Shown here in pieces: positions 39,224-47,434 of a stretch of 48,537 nt of DNA. The notes beneath the pieces were generated by a model. That model ran no database searches, had not been told where the DNA came from, and saw only the letters and a list, made by a program, of their open reading frames with translations. Position 1 is the first letter of the stretch, and every line of letters starts with the position of its first letter. This DNA is from Kiritimatiellales bacterium (GTDB taxonomy: Bacteria > Verrucomicrobiota > Kiritimatiellia > Kiritimatiellales > Pontiellaceae), in NCBI GenBank assembly GCA_030595785.1, contig JAUVCG010000001.1, forward strand, positions 1-48,537, written 5' to 3'. Made by a program: the position numbers and the translations under genes.

Positions 39224-39631
39224 ATGAAAGTAGAAGTTTTTTGCCTTTGCGATGCCGCTACGGATAACCGCGGAAAGCTGAACGTCCTTGGTACATTCGA
39301 TCAGATCTATTCCGCCAAAATGCCGGTGGTTCATCCGGCGTGTGCCATCGCCCTGCGGATGCGGTTCGACAAGATGGAAGAGGGGGCGCACAAGGTGAAT
39401 ATTCAATTGGTCGATCCCGATGGACGCCCTGTATTCCAGCCGATGGAAGGCGAAGTGCACCCGCGCATGGCGCCGGATGTCGATTCGGTAGCCGTCAACC
39501 TGATACTCAATTTCCAGCATGTGAAGTTTGAATCCTTTGCGGACTATCAGGTCAACCTGGCCATCGATGACCAATCCATTGCGTCACTGCCCCTGCGCGT
39601 ACGCGAGCTTCCAAAGCAGCATTTGGCCTGA
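39224..39631 (+). CDS. Hypothetical beta-rich protein (DUF6941-like)
   Basis: GAGGAG RBS; LCDAA..GKLNVLGTFD pattern. Confidence 0.7.
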   Translation: MKVEVFCLCDAATDNRGKLNVLGTFDQIYSAKMPVVHPACAIALRMRFDKMEEGAHKVNIQLVDPDGRPVFQPMEGEVHPRMAPDVDSVAVNLILNFQHVKFESFADYQVNLAIDDQSIASLPLRVRELPKQHLA

Positions 39632-39893
39632 TTTATAATCGACCTCGTCCTTCCTCCTCGTCCTCGGTTACATTCTTCGAGGTCGAGGAGGATGGTTGGG
39701 CACGAACCACATTCTCCGTGGGCAATACACATTCCGGATAAATGGCGCATAACGGAGGGGAAACCTGTCGGGCAGTGTTTTTTGCGCATATTTCCGTCCA
39801 ATCTCCGGAATGAAAGTGATATAAACCGATCGTTGGAATTGATGGATTATGTATGGATTCCAAGTCAGGAATCCAGGGAACGAAGGAATTGCC

Positions 39894-40979
39894 ATGTCGA
39901 GTACAATCGGAACACTGTTCAAGGTATCCACCTATGGGGAATCACACGGGAAGGCGGTTGGTGCCATCGTGGATGGCTGTCCCGCCAGTGTGGAGTTAAG
40001 CGAGGCCGACATCCAGCCGCAGCTCACGCGCCGCCGCCCCGGCCAGAGCGATATGACCACCCCGCGCGACGAGGCCGACCGGGTTACTATCCTTTCCGGC
40101 GTTGAAAACGGAAAAACCCTCGGATCGCCTATTGGCCTGATGGTCAACAATCGCGACCAGCGCCCCGGCGACTATCAGGAAATGAGCAATGTGCCGCGCC
40201 CATCACACGCCGACTTTACCTACCAGATGAAGTACGGCAACCGCGCTGCCAGCGGTGGCGGCCGCTCCAGCGCTCGCGAAACGATTGGCCGCGTCGCCGC
40301 CGGTGCCATTGCCGAAAAGATTCTCGCTGAACGCTTCAATACCAGAATTGCCGCGTGGGTTAGTGCTGTTGGCGATATCGACGCACGCGATATGAGGGGT
40401 GAAAACCTGACTCGCGAGCAGATCGACTCCAATATTATCCGCTGTCCTGACGAGACAGCTGCCGCAAAAATGATCGAGCTTGTCGCGGCCACACGTGATC
40501 GCAAGGATTCCGTCGGCGGCGTGCTGACCTGCGTTGCGGAAAATATTCCTATCGGGCTTGGCGAACCTGTTTTCGAAAGAATGGAGGCCATGCTGGCGCA
40601 GGCAATGTTGTCGATTCCTGCAACCAAGGGTTTTGAAATCGGCTCCGGTTTTTCCGGTTCGCGCATGTTCGGTTCGCAGCACAACGATCCGTTCGAGCTC
40701 AAGGCTGATGGACGGCTGGGAACCACAACCAATCATAGCGGCGGCGTGCAGGGTGGTATATCCAATGGCGAGCCGATTGTTTTCCGCGTGGCCTTCAAGC
40801 CTCCGGCCACCATCGGGTTAGCGCAGGAAACTGCTGCGTTCGATGGCGCCTCTTCCGTGCTGGAGGCCAAGGGTCGTCATGACCCCTGCGTAGTTCCGCG
40901 CGCGGTGCCGATCGTTGAAACCATGACCGCGCTGGTGCTGATGGACTTTGTCCTGCGCCAAAGCTATCGGAATTTTTGA
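39894..40979 (+). CDS. aroC: Chorismate synthase
   Basis: [52 protein letters not shown]. Confidence 0.98.
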   Translation: MSSTIGTLFKVSTYGESHGKAVGAIVDGCPASVELSEADIQPQLTRRRPGQSDMTTPRDEADRVTILSGVENGKTLGSPIGLMVNNRDQRPGDYQEMSNVPRPSHADFTYQMKYGNRAASGGGRSSARETIGRVAAGAIAEKILAERFNTRIAAWVSAVGDIDARDMRGENLTREQIDSNIIRCPDETAAAKMIELVAATRDRKDSVGGVLTCVAENIPIGLGEPVFERMEAMLAQAMLSIPATKGFEIGSGFSGSRMFGSQHNDPFELKADGRLGTTTNHSGGVQGGISNGEPIVFRVAFKPPATIGLAQETAAFDGASSVLEAKGRHDPCVVPRAVPIVETMTALVLMDFVLRQSYRNF

Positions 40980-41105
40980 TCGTTGAATGCCGGTTTTTGA
41001 TTTGCAGAGCTTCCACCTTCGCCAAGGCGTTGGCTTTTCCTGGGAATAAGGCGTCGAAGACCAACCAATCAAAATTCAAAATTCGAAAATAAAACAACCC
41101 CATAC

Positions 41106-42458
41106 ATGAACCGCACGCCAAACATAAACCAACCAACACCTCCCATACCCAGGTCTTTCCATGTAATGACCAAGCCGATCGGGCCGTTGTGCAACCTCGA
41201 CTGCAAATATTGCTTCTACCTCGAAAAGGAAAAGCTGTTTCCTGCGGACGAAAATTACAAGATGCGCGATGAGGTGCTGGAAGCGTATATCCGCAAATAT
41301 ATCCAGAGTCAAAACACGCCGGAAATCAGCTTTGCCTGGCAGGGCGGTGAGCCAACCCTGATGGGGCTCGATTTTTTCAGGAAGGGGGTTGCTCTCCAGC
41401 GTCAGTGTGCCGGTGGTCGGCCGGTTCACAATTCGTTCCAGACCAACGGCACCAACCTCGACGACGACTGGTGTAGATTTTTTGCGCGGGAGGGTTTTTT
41501 GGTTGGATTGAGCATCGACGGTCCTCAGCATATCCACAACCGCTACCGCGTTGATAAAGGTGGCAGCGGTTCGTTCGAACGTGTATTTCAGGCCATGGAA
41601 AAACTGAAAAAGTGGCGCGTGGAATTCAATACACTCACCTGCGTCACGCGCCAAAGTCCGGATGAGGCCGTGGAAATCTATAATTTTCTCAAAAATCAGG
41701 ACGTCACCTTTATGCAGTTTATCCCGATTGTCGAACGGGCGGGAGATCGAACGGCGCACGCAATCGGACTGGACCTTGCAGTGCCGCCGGATCTGCGTGC
41801 GGCTGATAATCCGGATGCGATGATGCCCTGGGCGGTTTCATCGGAGGGTTGCGGCCGGTTTCTCTGCACCGTTTTCGACGAGTGGATTAAGGCCGACGTT
41901 GGCCGGATTTTCGTGAATTTATTCGATGTGGCGCTGAACGCATGGTGTGGTATGGAGCCGAATCTATGCACCTTTGCGCGGACCTGCGGGCAGGCCGTGG
42001 CGATGGAGCACGATGGCGGTGTCTATTCATGCGACCACTATGTCTATCCCTCCTGTTTCCTCGGCAATATCATGGAAAAGTCGCTGGAGGAGATGATTTA
42101 TTCCCGGGAGCAGGTTAAATTTGGAAACGATAAACGGGACGCGTTACCCAGGTATTGCCGTGAGTGCGAATTCCTGTTTGCCTGCAACGGCGAGTGCCCG
42201 AAGCACCGCTTCGTCAAAACACCTGACGGAGAACCGGGATTGAACTATCTATGCGAAGGGTATAAAAAGTTCTTCAGCCATATCGACCCGGCTATGCGCG
42301 AAATGGCGGCGCTTGTTCAAAACGGCCGTCCGGCGGCCGACATTATGGAAACAGATCGCACCCCGGACTCGATACCAAGGATGAGAGAGGGTACGGGGCG
42401 TAACGATCTGTGCCCGTGCGGAAGCGGAAAAAAATTTAAGAAATGCTGTGGAAAATAG
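41106..42458 (+). CDS. Anaerobic sulfatase maturase (radical SAM/SPASM) with C-terminal SEC-C motif
   Basis: KPIGPLCNLDCKYCFY, WQGGEPTL, QTNG; SPASM YSCDHY and CRECEFLFACNGECPKHR; RNDLCPCGSGKKFKKCC. Confidence 0.95.
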   Translation: MNRTPNINQPTPPIPRSFHVMTKPIGPLCNLDCKYCFYLEKEKLFPADENYKMRDEVLEAYIRKYIQSQNTPEISFAWQGGEPTLMGLDFFRKGVALQRQCAGGRPVHNSFQTNGTNLDDDWCRFFAREGFLVGLSIDGPQHIHNRYRVDKGGSGSFERVFQAMEKLKKWRVEFNTLTCVTRQSPDEAVEIYNFLKNQDVTFMQFIPIVERAGDRTAHAIGLDLAVPPDLRAADNPDAMMPWAVSSEGCGRFLCTVFDEWIKADVGRIFVNLFDVALNAWCGMEPNLCTFARTCGQAVAMEHDGGVYSCDHYVYPSCFLGNIMEKSLEEMIYSREQVKFGNDKRDALPRYCRECEFLFACNGECPKHRFVKTPDGEPGLNYLCEGYKKFFSHIDPAMREMAALVQNGRPAADIMETDRTPDSIPRMREGTGRNDLCPCGSGKKFKKCCGK

Positions 42459-42462
42459 GAAT

Positions 42463-43362
42463 ATGGACAAAGAGAACAAAGAACCCATCCTGGTGAACGG
42501 TGAAGAGGTTGGTGAAGGTCTGGTCGAGCAGGAGCTGCACATGTTGCGCGAGCGCTATGCCCGTGAAATGTCTCATCAGGAAATGGAGGAAATGCAGGCG
42601 AAGATCAAGTCCGATGCTCGCGAAAACGCCGTCGAACGTATTTTGCTGATGCAGCGGGCGCGCACAGAAACAGACAACGTCCGCCCGGAAGAGATTGAGG
42701 CGCGCTTCATCGGCCTAAAACAACAGCACGGCGGCGGCGACGAGGAGTTTGTCAAACGTTTTGATCTCAAGGATGAGGATGTTGCAAAAATCAAGGCCGA
42801 CATCGAGGACGGCGTGCGTCTGGAAAAATATTTCGATGAGATCTGCAAGAATGCTCTGCGTCCGGGCGAGGCGGATTCACGCGCCTACTACGATGCGCAT
42901 TTCGAGGAATTCAAGGTTCCTGAAATGGTGCATGCCGCGCACATCGTCCAGCAGCCATCGCCCGACATGCCGATGGAGAAGGTCTACGCCGAACTGCTGA
43001 ATGTCCGCGAGCGCCTGAAGGACGGCGAGGCGTTCGATACGCTGGCGCAAAAATATTCGCATTGCGGGGACGGGGGTCACGATCTTGGCTACTTTGCCCG
43101 CGGCCAGATGGTGCAGGTATTCGAGGATGTTGCCTTTGATACGAAAGTGGGTGAATATAGTGACGTATTCCAGAGCGAGTTTGGCTATCACATCCTCACC
43201 GTGCTCGACCGTAAGGATGAATCGGTTCGCGACTTTATCGAAGTGCGCTATGATATCGAAAGCATGCTGTTCGATGAGCGCAAGAATGAACTGATCGGCG
43301 CCGAGGCCGACAAGCTTCGAGCCGGAGCCGACATCCGGAACCTGGAAATAGTGGGGGAATGA
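42463..43362 (+). CDS. Parvulin (PpiC-type) peptidyl-prolyl isomerase with SurA/NifM-like N-domain, no signal peptide
   Basis: HAAHIV, FDTLAQKYS, GHDLGYFARGQMVQVFEDVAF, SEFGYHI; hydrophilic N-terminus. Confidence 0.9.
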   Translation: MDKENKEPILVNGEEVGEGLVEQELHMLRERYAREMSHQEMEEMQAKIKSDARENAVERILLMQRARTETDNVRPEEIEARFIGLKQQHGGGDEEFVKRFDLKDEDVAKIKADIEDGVRLEKYFDEICKNALRPGEADSRAYYDAHFEEFKVPEMVHAAHIVQQPSPDMPMEKVYAELLNVRERLKDGEAFDTLAQKYSHCGDGGHDLGYFARGQMVQVFEDVAFDTKVGEYSDVFQSEFGYHILTVLDRKDESVRDFIEVRYDIESMLFDERKNELIGAEADKLRAGADIRNLEIVGE

Positions 43363-43371
43363 AATAATACA

Positions 43372-43749
43372 ATGTCTGATTCACTGTTCCAAATAGCCTT
43401 CATCGGTCCCGGCGGCCCCGAATTCCTGCTGGTTATGCTGGTGCTGCTTTTGATGTTTGGTGCAAAGGATGCGCCGCGCATCCTGCGCAAGCTGAACGAA
43501 ATCATTAACCAGATCCGCAATACCGCCGATGGCTTCAAGCGCGAGGTGATGTATGGCGACCTGAGCAGTGATGTCCCTTCGTATGAGGACGATGATTCTG
43601 CCGAATATGGTGATTTTACAGAAGACGACGATTCTGCCGAAAACGATCATTTTGCAGAGGACGATGGAAGCGAAGGGGATTTTCAGAATGAGCCGGTGCC
43701 TGAGCCAGAAGATTCATTAGACGAGGAAGGCGATGCTGGAAAAACTTAA
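43372..43749 (+). CDS. tatB: TatA/TatB family protein (TatB-like, acidic tail)
   Basis: GGPEFLLVMLVLLLMFGAKDAP followed by an amphipathic helix; immediately upstream of tatC. Confidence 0.75.
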   Translation: MSDSLFQIAFIGPGGPEFLLVMLVLLLMFGAKDAPRILRKLNEIINQIRNTADGFKREVMYGDLSSDVPSYEDDDSAEYGDFTEDDDSAENDHFAEDDGSEGDFQNEPVPEPEDSLDEEGDAGKT

Positions 43750-44719
43750 ATCACTCAAAGGGAAGTTTCGCTACGACGACAGCGAAATGCCGTTCCTCGA
43801 GCATCTTGAAGCATTCCGGAAGGCGGCGATCCGTTCCGTTATCGCCTTGGTGGCTGGGGTGTTGATCTGCCTGCCGTTTGCCGATCATTTGATCAGTATT
43901 CTGCGTGCTCCGGCCGAACCCTACATTGAAAAACCCGTGGAAATGGTTTTGCAGGAATCCGACCTGCAGCTGCGCATTCCGGCGGCTGCACTGAACCGCG
44001 AGGCTTTGATACAGCAGGAGGGCGGCGAAGCCTACTATGAGGTCGAAGCGGAAATCGCAGTGCCGCAAACCAAACAGAAAAAGTCGGGTGTCATTCGCCT
44101 CCAGTTTTCTGAACCGGCGGCTGCGATAAAGATGTGGCTGATGGTTTCATTTTTCGGGGGACTCCTGCTGAGTCTGCCGGTGCTGGTGTTCATTATCGGT
44201 TCGTTCGTGATGCCTGGTGTGCGCGATGTCGAACGCAAGGTCATGACCCGCATTGCACTGTTTTCCGGCGGCCTGTTTATGCTGGGTATTGCTATGGGCT
44301 ACAAGGTTACCCTGCCGTTGGCGCTGGATCTGATGCTTAGGATCGGCGGCAGGCTGGGGGGTGAATCGATCTGGTTCTACAATAAATATATCGCTTTTTC
44401 CATCCAGCTGCTGCTCGGTTTCGGAATCGCATTCCAACTGCCGGTCGTGATTTTAATTCTGGGGAAGATGGGCCTCGTTAACTCCAGACAACTGCGCGAG
44501 AAGCGTCGTCATGTCATAGTCGGCCTGCTGGTGCTGTCCATGATTCTGACGCCTCCCGACATTATGACGCAGCTTCTGATGGCCGCTCCCTTGATTTTTC
44601 TGTACGAGTTCTGTATATGGTTCCTTTACTTTAGCGGGAACCGTGGTAGCGCGACGGTAGAAGCGGTGGCGTCGGATATCGACGAAGATGAGGAAGAGAA
44701 TAACCTAACCGAGGAGTAG
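43733..44719 (+). CDS. tatC: Twin-arginine translocase subunit TatC
   Basis: MPFLEHLE, FVMPG, FGIAFQLP, ILTPPDI, LYE. Confidence 0.95.
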   Translation: MLEKLKSLKGKFRYDDSEMPFLEHLEAFRKAAIRSVIALVAGVLICLPFADHLISILRAPAEPYIEKPVEMVLQESDLQLRIPAAALNREALIQQEGGEAYYEVEAEIAVPQTKQKKSGVIRLQFSEPAAAIKMWLMVSFFGGLLLSLPVLVFIIGSFVMPGVRDVERKVMTRIALFSGGLFMLGIAMGYKVTLPLALDLMLRIGGRLGGESIWFYNKYIAFSIQLLLGFGIAFQLPVVILILGKMGLVNSRQLREKRRHVIVGLLVLSMILTPPDIMTQLLMAAPLIFLYEFCIWFLYFSGNRGSATVEAVASDIDEDEEENNLTEE

Positions 44720-44723
44720 GGAC

Positions 44724-44966
44724 ATGCATACAACGGGAATTATAGGAATGGGAATGCCGGGCACTCCGGAGATCCTTCTGATCATCTTTATCATTTTGTT
44801 GCTCTTCGGTGCAAAAAAACTACCGGAGCTGTCGCGCTCACTGGGCAAGAGCCTTGGTGAATTCAAGAAGGGACAAAAAGAGGGCACCGAACCTGACAAG
44901 GAAGACGACGTGGAGAAAAAGGAAATCGTCGATTCCGAAGAGAAGGAAGTTAAAAAGGATTCCTAA
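44724..44966 (+). CDS. tatA: Twin-arginine translocase TatA
   Basis: PEILLIIFIILLLFGAKKLPELSRSLGKSLGEFKKG. Confidence 0.95.
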   Translation: MHTTGIIGMGMPGTPEILLIIFIILLLFGAKKLPELSRSLGKSLGEFKKGQKEGTEPDKEDDVEKKEIVDSEEKEVKKDS

Positions 44967-44972
44967 TATTCC

Positions 44973-45809
44973 ATGAGCGAAAGAACCCACGTTGAACTCA
45001 CACCCGAAGAGGACCGCGAAAACACGAAGGCCGTTCTGGCTCATGTGCTTCCATTTGCCATTTGGCTGACCATGTTTGTTTGGTTTGATGAGTACAATGC
45101 TCGTACGATCGGTGGAATTATCCTGTTGGCCATTTTTCGCCCATGGCGCTGGTATCCCCGGCTAAAGCTGAGGAATATTCCGGTCGCCATCGGCGTGGGC
45201 GTATTGATCTTTTTTGTCTGGGTGGGTTTTGAAACTCCATGGGTAGTTGATAAAGCACCTGCGGTCAACGAGTGGTATGATCGGCTGTTCGTTGATCCGA
45301 TGAAGCCTTTTAAAACACGCGAGCTCTATGAGCTTCCGTTGGCGGCTGAATCTTCCGAAATACAGGAAGCCGTTGCGCTGGGAGTCGAAGGTGTTGAGCG
45401 GACAATGCTTCCCTATGATGTGATTAAAGAAGGGGAACACATTGGATTGCATGCCTACGCTCCTGAGGTTACAGGCTGGCTTACCTTCTGGATTCACATG
45501 TTTGGAACCACCGTCATTATTGCGATTATTGAAGAACATTTCTATCGTGGTTTTGTATACCGCTGGATGCTGGGGAGCCCCTTTTTTAAAATCAATGCCA
45601 GTAAATTAAGTTGGTCGATGTTATTTCTCGTTTCTGCCTTTTTCAGTGTATCCCACTTTGAAATTGGTGCGGCCGTTATTTGCGGCATTGCCTTTGGATT
45701 ACTCTACATCAAAACGCAGGATATCTGGGCCGCCATCATCGCCCATGGAACCACCAACTTCCTGCTCGGCCTCTACGTCATCTATTTCGATGCCTACCAG
45801 TTTTGGTGA
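44973..45809 (+). CDS. CPBP/CAAX intramembrane protease (resembles the PEP-CTERM-associated CAAX-related type)
   Basis: IIEEHFYRGF, FSVSH, IIAHGTTNFLLG; N-terminal HVLPF, GVGVLIFFVWVG and C-terminal QFW. Confidence 0.85.
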   Translation: MSERTHVELTPEEDRENTKAVLAHVLPFAIWLTMFVWFDEYNARTIGGIILLAIFRPWRWYPRLKLRNIPVAIGVGVLIFFVWVGFETPWVVDKAPAVNEWYDRLFVDPMKPFKTRELYELPLAAESSEIQEAVALGVEGVERTMLPYDVIKEGEHIGLHAYAPEVTGWLTFWIHMFGTTVIIAIIEEHFYRGFVYRWMLGSPFFKINASKLSWSMLFLVSAFFSVSHFEIGAAVICGIAFGLLYIKTQDIWAAIIAHGTTNFLLGLYVIYFDAYQFW

Positions 45810-45967
45810 TCTGTTCGACAAGACGATTAACTACAAAACGATTCATCATGATTTCTGCCAGCTCCCTCCGCTATGAATTATTCTGTTCAAAATCATTCTG
45901 TTTCCCTCCAAAAACCGCTTGCAAAGGGCAGGGGGCTGAACTATCTTCTCGCTCTTCAATTCGTTGC

Positions 45968-46059
45968 GGAAAGGTGGCTGAGTGGCTTAAGGCGATGGAT
46001 TGCTAATCCGTTGTACTGCGATAGCGGTACCGGGGGTTCGAATCCCCCCCTTTCCGCCA
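45968..46059 (+). tRNA. tRNA-Ser(GCT)
   Basis: GGAAAGG/CCTTTCC acceptor stem, anticodon arm ATGGA-TTGCTAA-TCCGT, long variable arm, GGTTCGAATCC, encoded G-CCA end. Confidence 0.96.
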
Positions 46060-46074
46060 TTTTTTTAGGCATTG

Positions 46075-46112
46075 ATAGGCTGTGAGTTACATAACTCGCA
46101 GCCTATTTTTTT
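46075..46112 (+). terminator. Terminator-like hairpin after tRNA
   Basis: ataggctgtgagtta-ca-taactcgcagcctat followed by a T run. Confidence 0.75.
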
Positions 46113-46245
46113 GCCCAAATTACAATGAGAGTTACAATAAGTGCGACGATGTACGGGGGTATTTGAGGATGTCGTAGAGAAGTGGCCTCTCCGTGGCCAT
46201 CCGTGGGGAGGCTTCTTTTGTCTGCCTCACCACCTTTATGGTCCC

Positions 46246-46265
46246 CAAACTCCCCTCAACTCGGC
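46246..46265 (+). repeat. 20-bp direct repeat copy 1 (CAAACTCCCCTCAACTCGGC)
   Basis: Identical to 47039-47058. Confidence 0.85.
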
Positions 46266-46382
46266 TCATTCCTCATCTCATCTAGCCGGACCCATTGTGG
46301 CCCATCCTCGCAGCCGGGGAGGGCGGTTGGAATGGGGTAGATCCGGCTTCATTCTCTGTTTTGCCGACATTAAAGTATCTGC

Positions 46383-46925
46383 TTAATCCGAGTAGCAGAG
46401 CACCCCTATAATGCTGGAGGCAATGCGAAGGGCGGTGATTTCCTCCTTCTCCCATACCCGGGCATATGTGCAGTCATCATACCCGATGGCTCCCCGCAGC
46501 TTCCCTTTCGAGAATACCGGTACAAAGGCGATGGATAATATGTTCTGCTTTTCACGCAGAACTGTTTGCTGTTCGGGAGGCAGGTCGGATGTAAGTGATG
46601 TGATGGCTTCTCCGATGTGCATCATTTCATTCCAGTCACCAAAGCCGTTTGCCGCCATATCAAAATTCTGCAGTTCAGGGTTATCGATCTGCCGGTCCTG
46701 ACCGACCTCCACCCATTCAAGACGCTGGCTGGCAATCAGGTTCCCGTTCGGCCGGTGCACAAAATCAAACAGATAGGTTCGGTCTACCCCGACGGCTATG
46801 CCGAGTGTGCTCAGAATCTCGTATAAGGCTTCATCCCCTGTATCGGTTGCCAGCTTGCCTGATATGCTCAATATGGCTTCGAGCAGTTTTCTTGTATCCA
46901 GCTGTTTTCTTGTCATTGCTCTCAC
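46383..46925 (-). CDS. Stand-alone GAF domain protein
   Basis: LGIAVGVDRTYLF, SQRLEW, IDNPELQN, ILSIAFVPVF..GKLRGAIGYDDC...RVWEKEEITAL. Confidence 0.85.
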   Translation of the reverse strand: MRAMTRKQLDTRKLLEAILSISGKLATDTGDEALYEILSTLGIAVGVDRTYLFDFVHRPNGNLIASQRLEWVEVGQDRQIDNPELQNFDMAANGFGDWNEMMHIGEAITSLTSDLPPEQQTVLREKQNILSIAFVPVFSKGKLRGAIGYDDCTYARVWEKEEITALRIASSIIGVLCYSD

Positions 46926-47038
46926 CGTTAATTCCTGACTGCATGATGATGTGATTGATGTAACTTAGGTAATGCATATCGATGGTGCTATCCGACATAT
47001 CTACACTCATCAAAGCTATACAGCAGTATTGTGGCCAA

Positions 47039-47058
47039 CAAACTCCCCTCAACTCGGC
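47039..47058 (+). repeat. 20-bp direct repeat copy 2
   Basis: Identical to 46246-46265. Confidence 0.85.
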
Positions 47059-47121
47059 AGTTAGTGTAACACCTCTTCTGTAATTTCAGTTTAGCCCTGT
47101 GGGTGGTGGAGCCCGAAGGGC

Positions 47122-47153
47122 TTTCAATCCCCCCTTCGAAGGGGGGATTGAAA
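47122..47153. repeat. Perfect 32-bp palindrome
   Basis: TTTCAATCCCCCCTTC|GAAGGGGGGATTGAAA. Confidence 0.9.
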
Positions 47154-47231
47154 ACGACGCATCAAATCAGTACTTCTTTAATTCATCACAAAGAAAGAAG
47201 GGACTGAATGAACGACACAACAGAAGATAAT

Positions 47232-47421
47232 TGGTCAGCGACAACTACATTTACCAGCCAACGACAATTACACTTACCGATTAATTAGCCGATAATCTGC
47301 GCTCATTCCGAAAGGAGGAAATGAGTGAGGACTACGGATCAACAGGTAAGGAGATTATGGATGGGATATCAAAAATGTGGAACGATTGCGGTGGCTGGTC
47401 AGCGACAACTACATTTACCAG
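47232..47421 (+). repeat. 26-bp direct repeat pair plus a degenerate tandem copy
   Basis: TGGTCAGCGACAACTACATTTACCAG at 47232-47257 and 47396-47421; variant cgacaattacacttacc at 47262-47278. Confidence 0.85.
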
Positions 47422-47434
47422 TGAAAAGGTGTCA

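Noticed and set aside
39633-39863. Short ORFs between the DUF6941-like gene and aroC
   Set aside because: Several overlapping frames with no motif and no clear RBS; none can be supported.
47232-47421. Possible mini-CRISPR from the 26-bp repeats
   Set aside because: Only two exact copies, with 138 bp between them, no regular spacers and no cas genes.
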